From an uncultured bacterium (GTDB taxonomy: Bacteria; Fidelibacterota; Marinisomatia; SCGC-AAA003-L08; JACNLC01): DNA of 42,368 bases. The stretch is from NCBI GenBank assembly GCA_964543505.1, contig CAZIYQ010000001.1, forward strand, positions 1 to 42,368, read 5' to 3'. The notes below the pieces were generated by a model. That model saw only the letters and a list, made by a program, of their open reading frames with translations. It was not told the DNA's origin and ran no database searches. The stretch's first letter is position 1; each line of letters starts with the position of its first letter. Below are positions 15,789-24,626 of this stretch, piece by piece. A program made the translations under genes and the position numbers.

Positions 15789-16838
15789 TTATTGTTTCAT
15801 CGACTCCAACTCCTGAATAAAGGTCTTATCAATGATCTTGATTTTCTTCTTCAATTCCTTGGCCAACCGCCTGCTTTCATTATCATCGGGGTCGTAGGAT
15901 ATGGCATCCATAAAATAACCTCTGGCTTTTTTAAAGAGGTCTTTGGAACCTAAAAACAGCTCAATGATATGGTCAAAATTTTCATTGGCGACATGAGAAG
16001 CTGATATCATTTCATTATATGCATCGACGGCAGTATTATATTTTTCAATGGCCATCCGATGATAGAGAGCACCCAGATTGTAGGCGATGTCTCCATTGTA
16101 ATCTGATATTTTATCGGCATAATCCTGGGCTGCAGGGTAATCATCCATGAGAAATTTTACTTCAAAGAGTCTCAGGTAGAGCTTATCTGAATCCTTTGAA
16201 TCCGTTGATAATTCCAATGCTTGCAGATATAAAGATTCGGCTTTGGAATAATCTTCATCGGCCTTGGCCAGGTCCCCTTTAAGGATGAGCAGATCCATAT
16301 CAATTGGGGCATCTTTTATGGCGTTGAGTGCTTTTTTCTGATTGCCCTGCTTTGCGTAAATGGAATAAAGTGCTTTGTACGCTTTTCCATCTAAAGGCAA
16401 TACATCAATGGCAAGCTTAAAGCTGGCGATGGCTTTGTCCGTTTCATCCCGGTTCAACTGCTCAACACCCTCATTGAAAATTTTACTCCATTCCTGCTGT
16501 CTCTGAATTTCAATGGCCTGCCCCACGGTAGTGATCACCTCATCTCCCACTCTGTAAAACTGTGGCAATTTGGCATCCGGATTGATCTCGAGTGCTTTGG
16601 TGAACATTTTATTCATCTCAGCCCAGCGTTTTTGGGGAACATATACATCTTTTGCCAGCAGATAGGGAACGAGCGCATTTCCGGGTTCGGTCTGCAGGGC
16701 TTGTAAAAAAAAGGTCTCGGCGTTTTCCAGATCATTCTCATTCACATACATTTTTGCGGAACGGAATTCCACACTTTCACAGCCGATCATTAACAGAATG
16801 ACGGCTAATGCCATCGAAGAGCGGATCAATTTTTTCAT
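15789..16838 (-). CDS. TPR-repeat lipoprotein
   Basis: Lipoprotein signal MKKLIRSSMALAVILLMIGC. There are multiple A..Y..AL...P-type TPR-like repeats, but I recognise no specific family. Confidence 0.6.
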   Translation of the reverse strand: MKKLIRSSMALAVILLMIGCESVEFRSAKMYVNENDLENAETFFLQALQTEPGNALVPYLLAKDVYVPQKRWAEMNKMFTKALEINPDAKLPQFYRVGDEVITTVGQAIEIQRQQEWSKIFNEGVEQLNRDETDKAIASFKLAIDVLPLDGKAYKALYSIYAKQGNQKKALNAIKDAPIDMDLLILKGDLAKADEDYSKAESLYLQALELSTDSKDSDKLYLRLFEVKFLMDDYPAAQDYADKISDYNGDIAYNLGALYHRMAIEKYNTAVDAYNEMISASHVANENFDHIIELFLGSKDLFKKARGYFMDAISYDPDDNESRRLAKELKKKIKIIDKTFIQELESMKQ

Positions 16839-17080
16839 TAATTCTCCAGTTTTACTTTCTCAATGCAGCCAGGGGTTCGGCAGGCTGCGATCGTTTAAAA
16901 TTACCATAAATCCCGATTCGTCCAATTCAGCGGAAGTATGCTGATTCCCCTGCTCAAAAACAGTTATCTACTGATAAAATCAGGGGTCAAAATTACTCAA
17001 TCTCTTCTAGGAAAAACCACTGAAAACCCCAGTTGACAGGTCTGTGCCACCAGTTGATTGCCATTGCCGCAAAGAATAGC

Positions 17081-17980
17081 TTAGGACATCTGTTCTTTGA
17101 TAATCCGGCGGCGGGCTTCAATTCCCACGAGGTCTGCAGAGAGAAGTCCCTCCAGACCAAAACCGGAGACCGTATAGGAAGCAACGGCAGCCGCAGTAAT
17201 GACCGCTTCCGTGAGCTCCCCAGGGCCATATTTTGCAAGATGGCCGATGAGTCCGCCCGCAAAAGTATCTCCGGCACCGGTAGGGTCCACAACGGATACA
17301 TGGGGATAAATCGGGATCTGCACCCGCGATTCAGCACTGGCCAGCAGGGCACCCCGTGCACCGCGCTTTATGATAACCGATTGGGGACCACAGGAGAGCA
17401 ATTTGTCCGCGGCATCCTGTAAATTTTCCAGACCGGTCAGCTGCACCGCCTCTTCATCGTTGAGCAGGAAAATCTGTACTTTTTTAAGCACATCCCATAG
17501 CTTGCCCAGATTGTTGTCGATCCACAAATTCATGGTATCGCAGATAATATAACGGGCTTGGGGCAGGAGATCGGCAACTTCAATCTGCAGATCGGGCTGA
17601 ATATTGCCCAGAAAAACGAAGGGGGTCAGCAAATGCTCTTCTGAGATTTTGGGGTGAAAATCCTGGAATACTCCCAATTCGGTAAACAAGGTTTTGCGTG
17701 TGGAAAAATCCGCCGAATATTCGCCACCCCAGCGGAATGTGCTACCCTCCTCGACTTGAATATCTGTAATGTCGATATGCCGGGAGTTCAGCAGTTCCCA
17801 GCCGGATTCGGGAAAATCACGGCCCACAACACCCACCAGCCGAACCGGTGCAAACAATGAGGCTGCCAGTGAAAAATAAGTTGCAGATCCTCCAAGGATC
17901 TCGCGGCGGTTGCCGCCGGCAGTAATCAGATCATCGAGGGCGATTGATCCTACGGCAAGGATAGGTTTTGCTTGTTCCAT
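17081..17980 (-). CDS. PfkB-family carbohydrate/nucleoside kinase
   Basis: GGSATYFS near the N-terminus and DPTGAGDTFAGGLIGHL (PfkB signature 2). Substrate not assignable. Confidence 0.8.
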   Translation of the reverse strand: MEQAKPILAVGSIALDDLITAGGNRREILGGSATYFSLAASLFAPVRLVGVVGRDFPESGWELLNSRHIDITDIQVEEGSTFRWGGEYSADFSTRKTLFTELGVFQDFHPKISEEHLLTPFVFLGNIQPDLQIEVADLLPQARYIICDTMNLWIDNNLGKLWDVLKKVQIFLLNDEEAVQLTGLENLQDAADKLLSCGPQSVIIKRGARGALLASAESRVQIPIYPHVSVVDPTGAGDTFAGGLIGHLAKYGPGELTEAVITAAAVASYTVSGFGLEGLLSADLVGIEARRRIIKEQMS

Positions 17981-18056
17981 AAGGCCGCAATTTTAAAGAC
18001 TCTGATGCATGAAAACCAAGTTGGAATGCACGGCACTTCCTCCATAAATTGAATTA

Positions 18057-18563
18057 ATGGCACACCTTGAATATTGTTCAAATTGCGGTTCAAAAAACAT
18101 CAGCGGCATCAAAGACGGTCACCGGAGACAGTCCTGTCCGAATTGCGGAGCCATCCATTACGAAAACCCCATCCCTACGGCAACATTGATCTGCCCAAGA
18201 GGCGATGACCTGCTGCTGGTTCGCAGGGCAATGGCACCGGCCAAGGGCGAATGGAGTCTTCCGGGTGGTTTCATGGAGCTGGGAGAGACTCCCGAGATGG
18301 CAGCCAGTCGGGAATTGCTGGAGGAGACGAATCTGCAGGGTGAGGCGTTGCGGTTTCTGGGGCATTGCTCTCATTTCAACACGGTGTTTGGGGATGTTCT
18401 GCTGTTAGGGCTGCTCATGAGAATTGATAGTTTTGAGGGGATGCAAGCCGGTGACGACGCCGCCGAGATCGGTTTTTTCAACAAGAACAATCTGCCCCAC
18501 CTTGCCTTTCCCTGCCACGATAAAATTGTGAAATTCTATCTTGAAGGACCAGATGCAAAATAA
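18057..18563 (+). CDS. NUDIX hydrolase with N-terminal zinc ribbon
   Basis: CSNCGS...CPNCG zinc ribbon and Nudix box GGFMELGETPEMAASRELLEETNL. Confidence 0.85.
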   Translation: MAHLEYCSNCGSKNISGIKDGHRRQSCPNCGAIHYENPIPTATLICPRGDDLLLVRRAMAPAKGEWSLPGGFMELGETPEMAASRELLEETNLQGEALRFLGHCSHFNTVFGDVLLLGLLMRIDSFEGMQAGDDAAEIGFFNKNNLPHLAFPCHDKIVKFYLEGPDAK

Positions 18564-18987
18564 TCAGGAAAACATACGCATTGTTGTACTGCACGGACCG
18601 AATCTGAATCTTTTGGGACTCCGCTCTGCCCGGCTGGGCACTCGTGTGACTCTGGACAAAGTGAACCGTGCCCTGCGCAGAGAAGTGCGGAATTCCGGTT
18701 TTGAATTAAAGATCCTGCAGACCGACAGTGAAGCTAAAGCGGTACGGTTTATCCAACGCAACCGCAATAAAGCCAAGGGATTGATCTTGATACCACAGGC
18801 CTGGCAGCATAGCGGACATGTACTGGCAGACACCATCGATCTGATTCGAATCCCTTTCGTTACCGTCTATTTTCGTCAGCCGGGTCAAACTATTTTTAAG
18901 GGTCTGGAGGAAATCGTGAACGAAGACCCCCAAAGGGCTTATCAATCTGCCTTAAAAGAACTGATGAAACTTATCGGAGATGAGTAA
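18553..18987 (+). CDS. Type II 3-dehydroquinate dehydratase-like protein (divergent)
   Basis: VVLHGPNLNLLG and LQTDSEA align with the AroQ motifs NGPNLNLLG and QSN.E.. The ATG at 18553 overlaps the Nudix stop by 11 nt; the ORF opens at TTG 18541. Several catalytic positions appear substituted (see findings). Confidence 0.6.
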   Translation: MQNNQENIRIVVLHGPNLNLLGLRSARLGTRVTLDKVNRALRREVRNSGFELKILQTDSEAKAVRFIQRNRNKAKGLILIPQAWQHSGHVLADTIDLIRIPFVTVYFRQPGQTIFKGLEEIVNEDPQRAYQSALKELMKLIGDE

Positions 18988-19055
18988 ACCAAATCCCGCT
19001 GACACGGCAGGTCTGTGTTATTCCCGGCACATTCAGAAAAACAAATCGCACCCCG

Positions 19056-19955
19056 TCAGCGAATAAGTTTTCTCATGAATCCTGTTGCGGAAAATGTGTA
19101 AAGGATCAGTCCCAGCCAGATGAAAGAAAACGAGATGAGGTGTACTGAAGAAAACCTTTCGTGATAAAGCAGAACTCCCAGCAGTAATTGCATGGTAGGT
19201 GCCAGATATTGCAGGAACCCCACCGTCGAATACCGGATCAGTCGGGTGCCGTAATTGAATAGCAGCAATGGTATGCCTGTGACCACCCCCGCGCCCACCA
19301 GCAATACCCATGTTAGCGGACCCTGTGCAGTGGCCTCTCCTCCCGGCGTCTGTGCAAGCCACAGAAGATAGATCAGGACAAACGGCGTCAGCAGACCCGT
19401 CTCGACCGTCAACCCAATAAGAGACTCTGACTTTGCCGTTTTGCGCAGAAATCCATAACTGCCAAAAGAAAGCGCCAGCGTCAAGGCGATCAGGGGGAAA
19501 TGTCCCACATGGATGGTGAGAATACCCACACCCACGGCAGCTAACACCACCGAGACCAGTTGCCAGCGTAAAAGATGTTCCCTAAGCAGCACGACACCCA
19601 GTAGCACATTGATGAGGGGGTTTATAAAATACCCCAGACTTGCCTCCACAATCTGGCCCGAGTTAACGGCCCAAATAAATATCAGCCAATTGACAGTAAT
19701 GAGTGAGGCAGTGACCATGAGGGTGAGTAAATTCTTTCGATTGCGGATGACCGTGAGCAGTTCCTGCCAACGGCCTTGAAAGGTGAGAATCACAATAAAA
19801 AACAAAAATGCCCAAATAATCCTGTGACTGAGAATTTCCAAAGCAGGGAGAGCGCTCAAAGCTTTCCAGTAAATCGGAAAGAGCCCCCACAGCACGAAGG
19901 CCAGGGTCACAGTTAGGCCCCCCTTGTTGATTTCACGCATAAAATAACGATGCAA
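19056..19955 (-). CDS. rarD: EamA/DMT-superfamily transporter, RarD-like
   Basis: The protein is predicted to have 10 TM segments. LAFVLWGLFPIYWKAL...EILSHRIIWAF is the characteristic RarD N-terminus. Confidence 0.75.
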   Translation of the reverse strand: MHRYFMREINKGGLTVTLAFVLWGLFPIYWKALSALPALEILSHRIIWAFLFFIVILTFQGRWQELLTVIRNRKNLLTLMVTASLITVNWLIFIWAVNSGQIVEASLGYFINPLINVLLGVVLLREHLLRWQLVSVVLAAVGVGILTIHVGHFPLIALTLALSFGSYGFLRKTAKSESLIGLTVETGLLTPFVLIYLLWLAQTPGGEATAQGPLTWVLLVGAGVVTGIPLLLFNYGTRLIRYSTVGFLQYLAPTMQLLLGVLLYHERFSSVHLISFSFIWLGLILYTFSATGFMRKLIR

Positions 19956-20023
19956 AACGCGCAGGATTCAAAGACCACAATCCTCGTTGTTTGGGTACAG
20001 TGAAAGTCATTATTTGTGTTCTG

Positions 20024-20464
20024 TCAGACTTCAGGGTGAGTCCGTTTACAATAATAATGGATATCGTGGTGAAAGACATAGCCGCTGTGCTCAAAAACTT
20101 GTATTGAGGTTTCATTGATCTCATCAATCAAACAGGCGTAAATCTCAATTCCCGCTTTTTCAAGGCGATTTTCCACAGCCTCGATGAGCCGCCTGGCCAG
20201 TCCTTTGCCCTGATGTGGCGGGGATACTGCCAGACGATTGATCCAGCCCTTGCGTCCATCGTGAGTACCAAAAACAGCGCCAATCATTTTTTGATCTTGT
20301 TCAGCTACCAAAAATATCGCTGTTGGCTGAATGATTTCCCGGGCTATTTTAGACTTGGCATCCCGTCCATTGGGTTTATAGGACATGCCGGCGGCCTGCC
20401 ACAAACGGATCAGGGAGTCATAGTCCTGCAGTGTGAATTCTCTGATGCTTACGCCTGTCTGCAT
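20024..20464 (-). CDS. GNAT-family N-acetyltransferase
   Basis: INRLAVSPPHQGKGLARRLIEAVE is the acetyl-CoA motif (Q/RxxGxG/A). The ATG at 20464 overlaps the dapF TGA by 1 nt (TGATG). The longer ORF reaching 20527 would lie inside dapF. Confidence 0.8.
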   Translation of the reverse strand: MQTGVSIREFTLQDYDSLIRLWQAAGMSYKPNGRDAKSKIAREIIQPTAIFLVAEQDQKMIGAVFGTHDGRKGWINRLAVSPPHQGKGLARRLIEAVENRLEKAGIEIYACLIDEINETSIQVFEHSGYVFHHDIHYYCKRTHPEV

Positions 20465-21261
20465 CAGAGCAGATCCTTCGTTTGGAGAGTGGAATGAAAC
20501 AACAGCACAGCGGGACCATTGAGCCAAACCTCGCGCCAGTTTTCGTCGAATTCCACCTGCAGCTCACCGCCGGGTACTCGCACGGTCACCGGGCTCGATA
20601 AATGTTTCTTTCGAGTAGCATCATAGACCGCCGCCACGGCACCGGACCCGCAGGAGAGCATAAAGCGTTCGATTCCCTTTTCATAGGTGAGCACCTTCAC
20701 GGTATTATTCTCAAGCAATTGATAGAAATTGACGTTCACACCCCGAGGGGCAAAGCACTTGGCATTGCGAATGATGGGTGCTGCCGGATTTACTTCCTCT
20801 CTGGTGAAACCCGGTGCTTCAATTACAAAATGGGCGGCTCCTGAATCTACATGGCTGCCCTGATAGTCGGCTACATCAATGTTTTCAATCTCATAATGCG
20901 GAGGCGTCATCTGCAGGCGAATATGCCTTGCGTCCACGATCTCCACCCGGTGCGGCCCATCTCCGGTAATAAACTTCATGGAATTCCCCACGAATCCCCT
21001 ATCGTGCATGTAGAGAGCGGCACAGCGGGAACCGTTCGCGCACATGGTTTCCCAACTGCCGTCGGAATTATAATAGTCCATTTTAAAATCAAAATTTGGG
21101 ACTCGAGATAACACCAATACGGCATCGGCACCAACCCCTAGCCGGCGGGCACAAATAGCCGAGATGAATTCCGGTGTGCGGATTATCTCCGGACACTCCT
21201 CTTCCCAGAGGATGACAAAATCATTGCCGGTGCCTTGTGCTTTTGTAAATGGGATTCTCAT
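20464..21261 (-). CDS. dapF: Diaminopimelate epimerase
   Basis: FTKAQGTGNDFVIL is present, and both catalytic Cys contexts are found (YNSDGSWETMCANGSRC and MLSCGSGAVAA). Confidence 0.9.
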   Translation of the reverse strand: MRIPFTKAQGTGNDFVILWEEECPEIIRTPEFISAICARRLGVGADAVLVLSRVPNFDFKMDYYNSDGSWETMCANGSRCAALYMHDRGFVGNSMKFITGDGPHRVEIVDARHIRLQMTPPHYEIENIDVADYQGSHVDSGAAHFVIEAPGFTREEVNPAAPIIRNAKCFAPRGVNVNFYQLLENNTVKVLTYEKGIERFMLSCGSGAVAAVYDATRKKHLSSPVTVRVPGGELQVEFDENWREVWLNGPAVLLFHSTLQTKDLL

Positions 21262-21467
21262 TTCGTTGTAATTTATCTATCAGATAGCTCCAAGATTAGA
21301 GGTCTCAAAGGACTCGAAAAAAGTGAAAAATGTGTCCATGTCACGAGTATTTAACATCGATTGTTTATCATTCTTAGTCCCTGCTGCGAAGGCTCACAGA
21401 GTAGCGGGGCCATTATTGCTTGTCTCATAAATTCCCGGCCCTCTAAATTGACCCCAAACGGAGCATT

Positions 21468-22076
21468 ATGAATATTTACCTAACGAGTCTGTTGGCCGGT
21501 TATTTACTTGGCTGCGTACAAACTTCCTATTTCATTGGCAAATTTGTCAACCGCATCGATATCCGGGAACATGGCACCAGCAATGCCGGGGCCTCCAATG
21601 TCACCATGGTGCTGGGATTTAAATGGGGTCTGCTCACCTTTTTAGTGGATTTTTTCAAGGCCGCCTTCGCCGTGGTCCTGATCCGTGAGCTTATCGGCGG
21701 ACCGGACATACTGCCGTTTCTGGCCGGCTGCGGCGCTGTCCTGGGTCATATTTTCCCTGTTTATCTCGGATTCAAAGGAGGGAAAGGGATCGCCAGTCTG
21801 CTGGGCGCCATGCTATTTTTTGACTGGCGAATCGGCCTGATACTGGCCATTGTTATGATCGTTTTGTCGCTGGCCTCAGATTATATCTCCATCGGTTCGA
21901 TCATCTTATATGCTCTGTTACCCGGACTCCTTTACGGATTTCGATATTCCGGCGCTATCATTGAGATGTCAGCACTCATCTCACTCATTGGGTTGTTTAA
22001 GCATATCCCCAATGTTCAGAAGCTCCGCAGAGGGGAAGAAAGAGGCATTAGAGCTGTACTTTTCAAAAAGTCTTGA
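21468..22076 (+). CDS. plsY: Glycerol-3-phosphate acyltransferase PlsY
   Basis: A small polytopic membrane protein with HGTSNAGASNV (for GSGN.GATN) and FKGGKGIAS motifs. Confidence 0.88.
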   Translation: MNIYLTSLLAGYLLGCVQTSYFIGKFVNRIDIREHGTSNAGASNVTMVLGFKWGLLTFLVDFFKAAFAVVLIRELIGGPDILPFLAGCGAVLGHIFPVYLGFKGGKGIASLLGAMLFFDWRIGLILAIVMIVLSLASDYISIGSIILYALLPGLLYGFRYSGAIIEMSALISLIGLFKHIPNVQKLRRGEERGIRAVLFKKS

Positions 22077-22103
22077 GCTTGCCCGTAGGGTAGCTTGGCG
22101 GGT

Positions 22104-22811
22104 TCAATTTGTTTCACCGGACAGTCTCTTGATTTCTTTCTCGACTTTGCTGATCAGATCTGTCATTTCAGCGGCTCCGTCATTCTTCACTGGAATCGGT
22201 TTGCCAATATTGAGCGTAACGACACCGGGCCGGAAAGAAAATCGATCCTTGGGTTTGAAGCGGTAAGCACCCACAATGCCGATAGGCAGGATTGGCACCC
22301 CCGTATTCACAGCAAGATGAAAGCCTCCTTTTTTCAGGGATCCCATTTTCCCCGTCACTGTACGTGTACCTTCAGGCAGAACGGCAATATGAAAGCCCTC
22401 TTTTTTAATCAACTGCTCTGCAGATTTGAAATTCTCGATGGCTTCTTCCCGGTTCTCTCGATTGATACTGATGGCCCGAAAACGTTTAAGCATTAGTGAC
22501 CACAGAGGGTATTTATAATTAAAATCAGCAACGATTCCGGTGTATCTCCCGCGAAGAGCTAATGGCAAAAGAAAAGGATCAATGAAAGAACTGTGATTCG
22601 CCATAACAATAAACTGGCCATCCGGAGGGAATTTGCCGTTAATTTTCACAATGACACCCATAGACCCCAAAATAATTCTGGAGATTACCCTGGCAAAGGC
22701 ATGCATTCGGGAGGGCAGTAATAAGGAGAAAACCAGCATGCTGAAACCGCAGATCACAAATACCGGCAAGGCTACACAAAGGATCACGATGGTAAGCAGG
22801 GTTTGCATCAT
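22104..22811 (-). CDS. plsC: 1-acyl-sn-glycerol-3-phosphate acyltransferase
   Basis: N-terminal TM helix, ANHSSFIDP (HxxxxD box) and LPEGTRT box. ATGA overlap with the upstream HAD stop. Confidence 0.88.
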   Translation of the reverse strand: MMQTLLTIVILCVALPVFVICGFSMLVFSLLLPSRMHAFARVISRIILGSMGVIVKINGKFPPDGQFIVMANHSSFIDPFLLPLALRGRYTGIVADFNYKYPLWSLMLKRFRAISINRENREEAIENFKSAEQLIKKEGFHIAVLPEGTRTVTGKMGSLKKGGFHLAVNTGVPILPIGIVGAYRFKPKDRFSFRPGVVTLNIGKPIPVKNDGAAEMTDLISKVEKEIKRLSGETN

Positions 22812-23461
22812 GCGGACAGTGACTGCAACAGGGACGGTGTGATTTCAGAAAGCTGTGTTACGATGGCATGGGCTTCTGGCATATCCCGTTGGGGGACCGA
22901 TCCGGTTAAGGCGATGACTTTTGCTCCTGCTCTCAATCCCGCAGTGATACCGTGCAGAGAGTCTTCAACGACGACACACTGCTTTGGTTGCAGGCCCAAA
23001 ATATCCATCATCTTCAGATACGGCTCTGGATGGGGTTTGCCGTTTGTGGTCATGTTTCCGGTGAGGATATGCGGGAAATATTTACGCAGGTCCAATCTAA
23101 TATTGATCCACTCAAATATATCGGCAGGGGTTGCCGTTACGAGGCCTACCATGAAATGACCATCGATGGATTTGATCAGATGGGTGAATCCAGGCATATA
23201 ATCCAGGTTCTTGGCAAATTCCTCCAACACATATTCGCGACCTCTTTTTATAAGTACCTCAGGCAACTCCTCAATATGATAACGATCTCTCGCCATTTCG
23301 TAAAAGCGTTTTTCAGTCGAGCCCCTGAAGAGCAGCCAATCTTCTTCCGGTATTTTGATTCCGTATTCTCCAAACAGACGCATCTCACCCTTTTGATAGA
23401 GGGGCTCGGAATCAATCACCACGCCATCCAGATCAAAAAGAACCGCCTTAATCGAGTTCAT
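22808..23461 (-). CDS. HAD-IA family hydrolase (beta-phosphoglucomutase-like)
   Basis: AVLFDLDGVVIDSE (DxDxV), GLVTATP, GKPHPEPY, VVVEDSLHGITAGLRAGA. Confidence 0.85.
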   Translation of the reverse strand: MNSIKAVLFDLDGVVIDSEPLYQKGEMRLFGEYGIKIPEEDWLLFRGSTEKRFYEMARDRYHIEELPEVLIKRGREYVLEEFAKNLDYMPGFTHLIKSIDGHFMVGLVTATPADIFEWINIRLDLRKYFPHILTGNMTTNGKPHPEPYLKMMDILGLQPKQCVVVEDSLHGITAGLRAGAKVIALTGSVPQRDMPEAHAIVTQLSEITPSLLQSLSA

Positions 23462-24617
23462 ATAGCAGCGTGAAATGGTCGTTATAGAATTTTCGGATTA
23501 TCTCTTCGTCATTTTTCTTATGATCGTGCCCGACCAGTTTATGATGATCGTAGTGCATTTTCCCCATGAACTGCCAGACACCTATTTGTGGTGTACCGCC
23601 CCAATTTTTTTTCGGTTCAGGTCCGTGGTCTCCAGTGTATGGGGCCTCCATCGAAATGGTATTGACGATACCGTCATTTTCATACCAGGTTGAATCCATC
23701 AGCGAAGATCTGCCAAGGGCAAAACCAGAGGACCACAGATTCCAGGTCATCGCACTATCTGGTATTTGTTTTGGGCTGTGTTTCTGCCGGCGGGTCGCAG
23801 AAGTGGCAAATGAAAAATAATAAACCTCTGGGTCCGTGTGATAGAGCGAGTTGAACTCCCGGGCACCATCAATAGAAAGATCCCAGATGCAGGTATTATG
23901 AGAGTCTTTGAGCGGAGAAGCCTTCAATCGTTTAAAATAGCCACGGAGTTTTTCATCTTCACGACGTTCAAGCCCCCATTGTTCCAGGTCAAAATCATAA
24001 AGTCCTTCGATAAAACTGTCTTCGGTGAGTCCCCCAAAAACCGGGGCAATTTTCTGCAGAAAAGGGAAAAAATCTTCTATGATAGGGGCCAGGGTCGTGC
24101 CGTTATGGGGTGTCGATAGGGTCGTTATGCTCTTGATCCAGCCATCATGAGACTCGGTTAGCAACGAACTTTCCTCATCCGGGAATTCTGTCTTGAGCAG
24201 GTATTCCAGCATCCGGGCGGTGAGTCCCCCCATGCTGTGGGCAAAGATGTGAATGGGGTGGTCCGCATCCCATTGTGGATACAGGCCCGGGTATTGTTTA
24301 CTCTCCGGTTTCCGTATCAGATTGTACTTTTCAGAATGTGCACTGCCATAATCGACCTGTCCCCCTTTGATCTGGTAAAAGGCTTCAATTGCCCGATCCC
24401 AGTTTGAGGATATCGGTCCCATTGATACAGTGTAAACCTCAAAGCCCTGTTGCCGGAGGGAGTCTTCTAGATCGAATGATCCCCCCCAATAACGGTAACC
24501 TTTCATTTCAGCTCTGCCCCAGCCCATAAAGCCATGAAACAGGATGATGGGATCCCGGTTCGCCCCAAGGAGTATCAACGGGGAAAAGATGAGCAGGACT
24601 AACAGTATTTTTTTCAT
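23448..24617 (-). CDS. Secreted triacylglycerol lipase, family I.5/I.6-like (Geobacillus/Staphylococcus type)
   Basis: Signal peptide MKKILLVLLIFSPLILLGA. PIILFHGFMGWGRAEMKGYRYWGG, GPISSNWDRAIEA, AHSMGG (nucleophile elbow), TLSTPHNGTT, YENDGIVNT (Asp) and HYDHHKLVG (His) align along the full length with Geobacillus lipase as I recall it. Confidence 0.85.
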   Translation of the reverse strand: MKKILLVLLIFSPLILLGANRDPIILFHGFMGWGRAEMKGYRYWGGSFDLEDSLRQQGFEVYTVSMGPISSNWDRAIEAFYQIKGGQVDYGSAHSEKYNLIRKPESKQYPGLYPQWDADHPIHIFAHSMGGLTARMLEYLLKTEFPDEESSLLTESHDGWIKSITTLSTPHNGTTLAPIIEDFFPFLQKIAPVFGGLTEDSFIEGLYDFDLEQWGLERREDEKLRGYFKRLKASPLKDSHNTCIWDLSIDGAREFNSLYHTDPEVYYFSFATSATRRQKHSPKQIPDSAMTWNLWSSGFALGRSSLMDSTWYENDGIVNTISMEAPYTGDHGPEPKKNWGGTPQIGVWQFMGKMHYDHHKLVGHDHKKNDEEIIRKFYNDHFTLLYELD

Positions 24618-24626
24618 GCGGTTGTA

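Noticed and set aside
16993-17422. 122-aa minus-strand and 129-aa plus-strand ORFs near the pfkB 3' end
   Set aside because: They overlap the PfkB kinase gene in other frames and have Arg/Pro/Ser-rich nonsense composition.
18988-19066. 7-bp inverted repeat CGCTGAC/GTCAGCG between convergent aroQ-like and rarD genes as a terminator
   Set aside because: The arms are about 50 nt apart, one arm lies over the rarD stop codon, and there is no U-tract. It is too weak to call.
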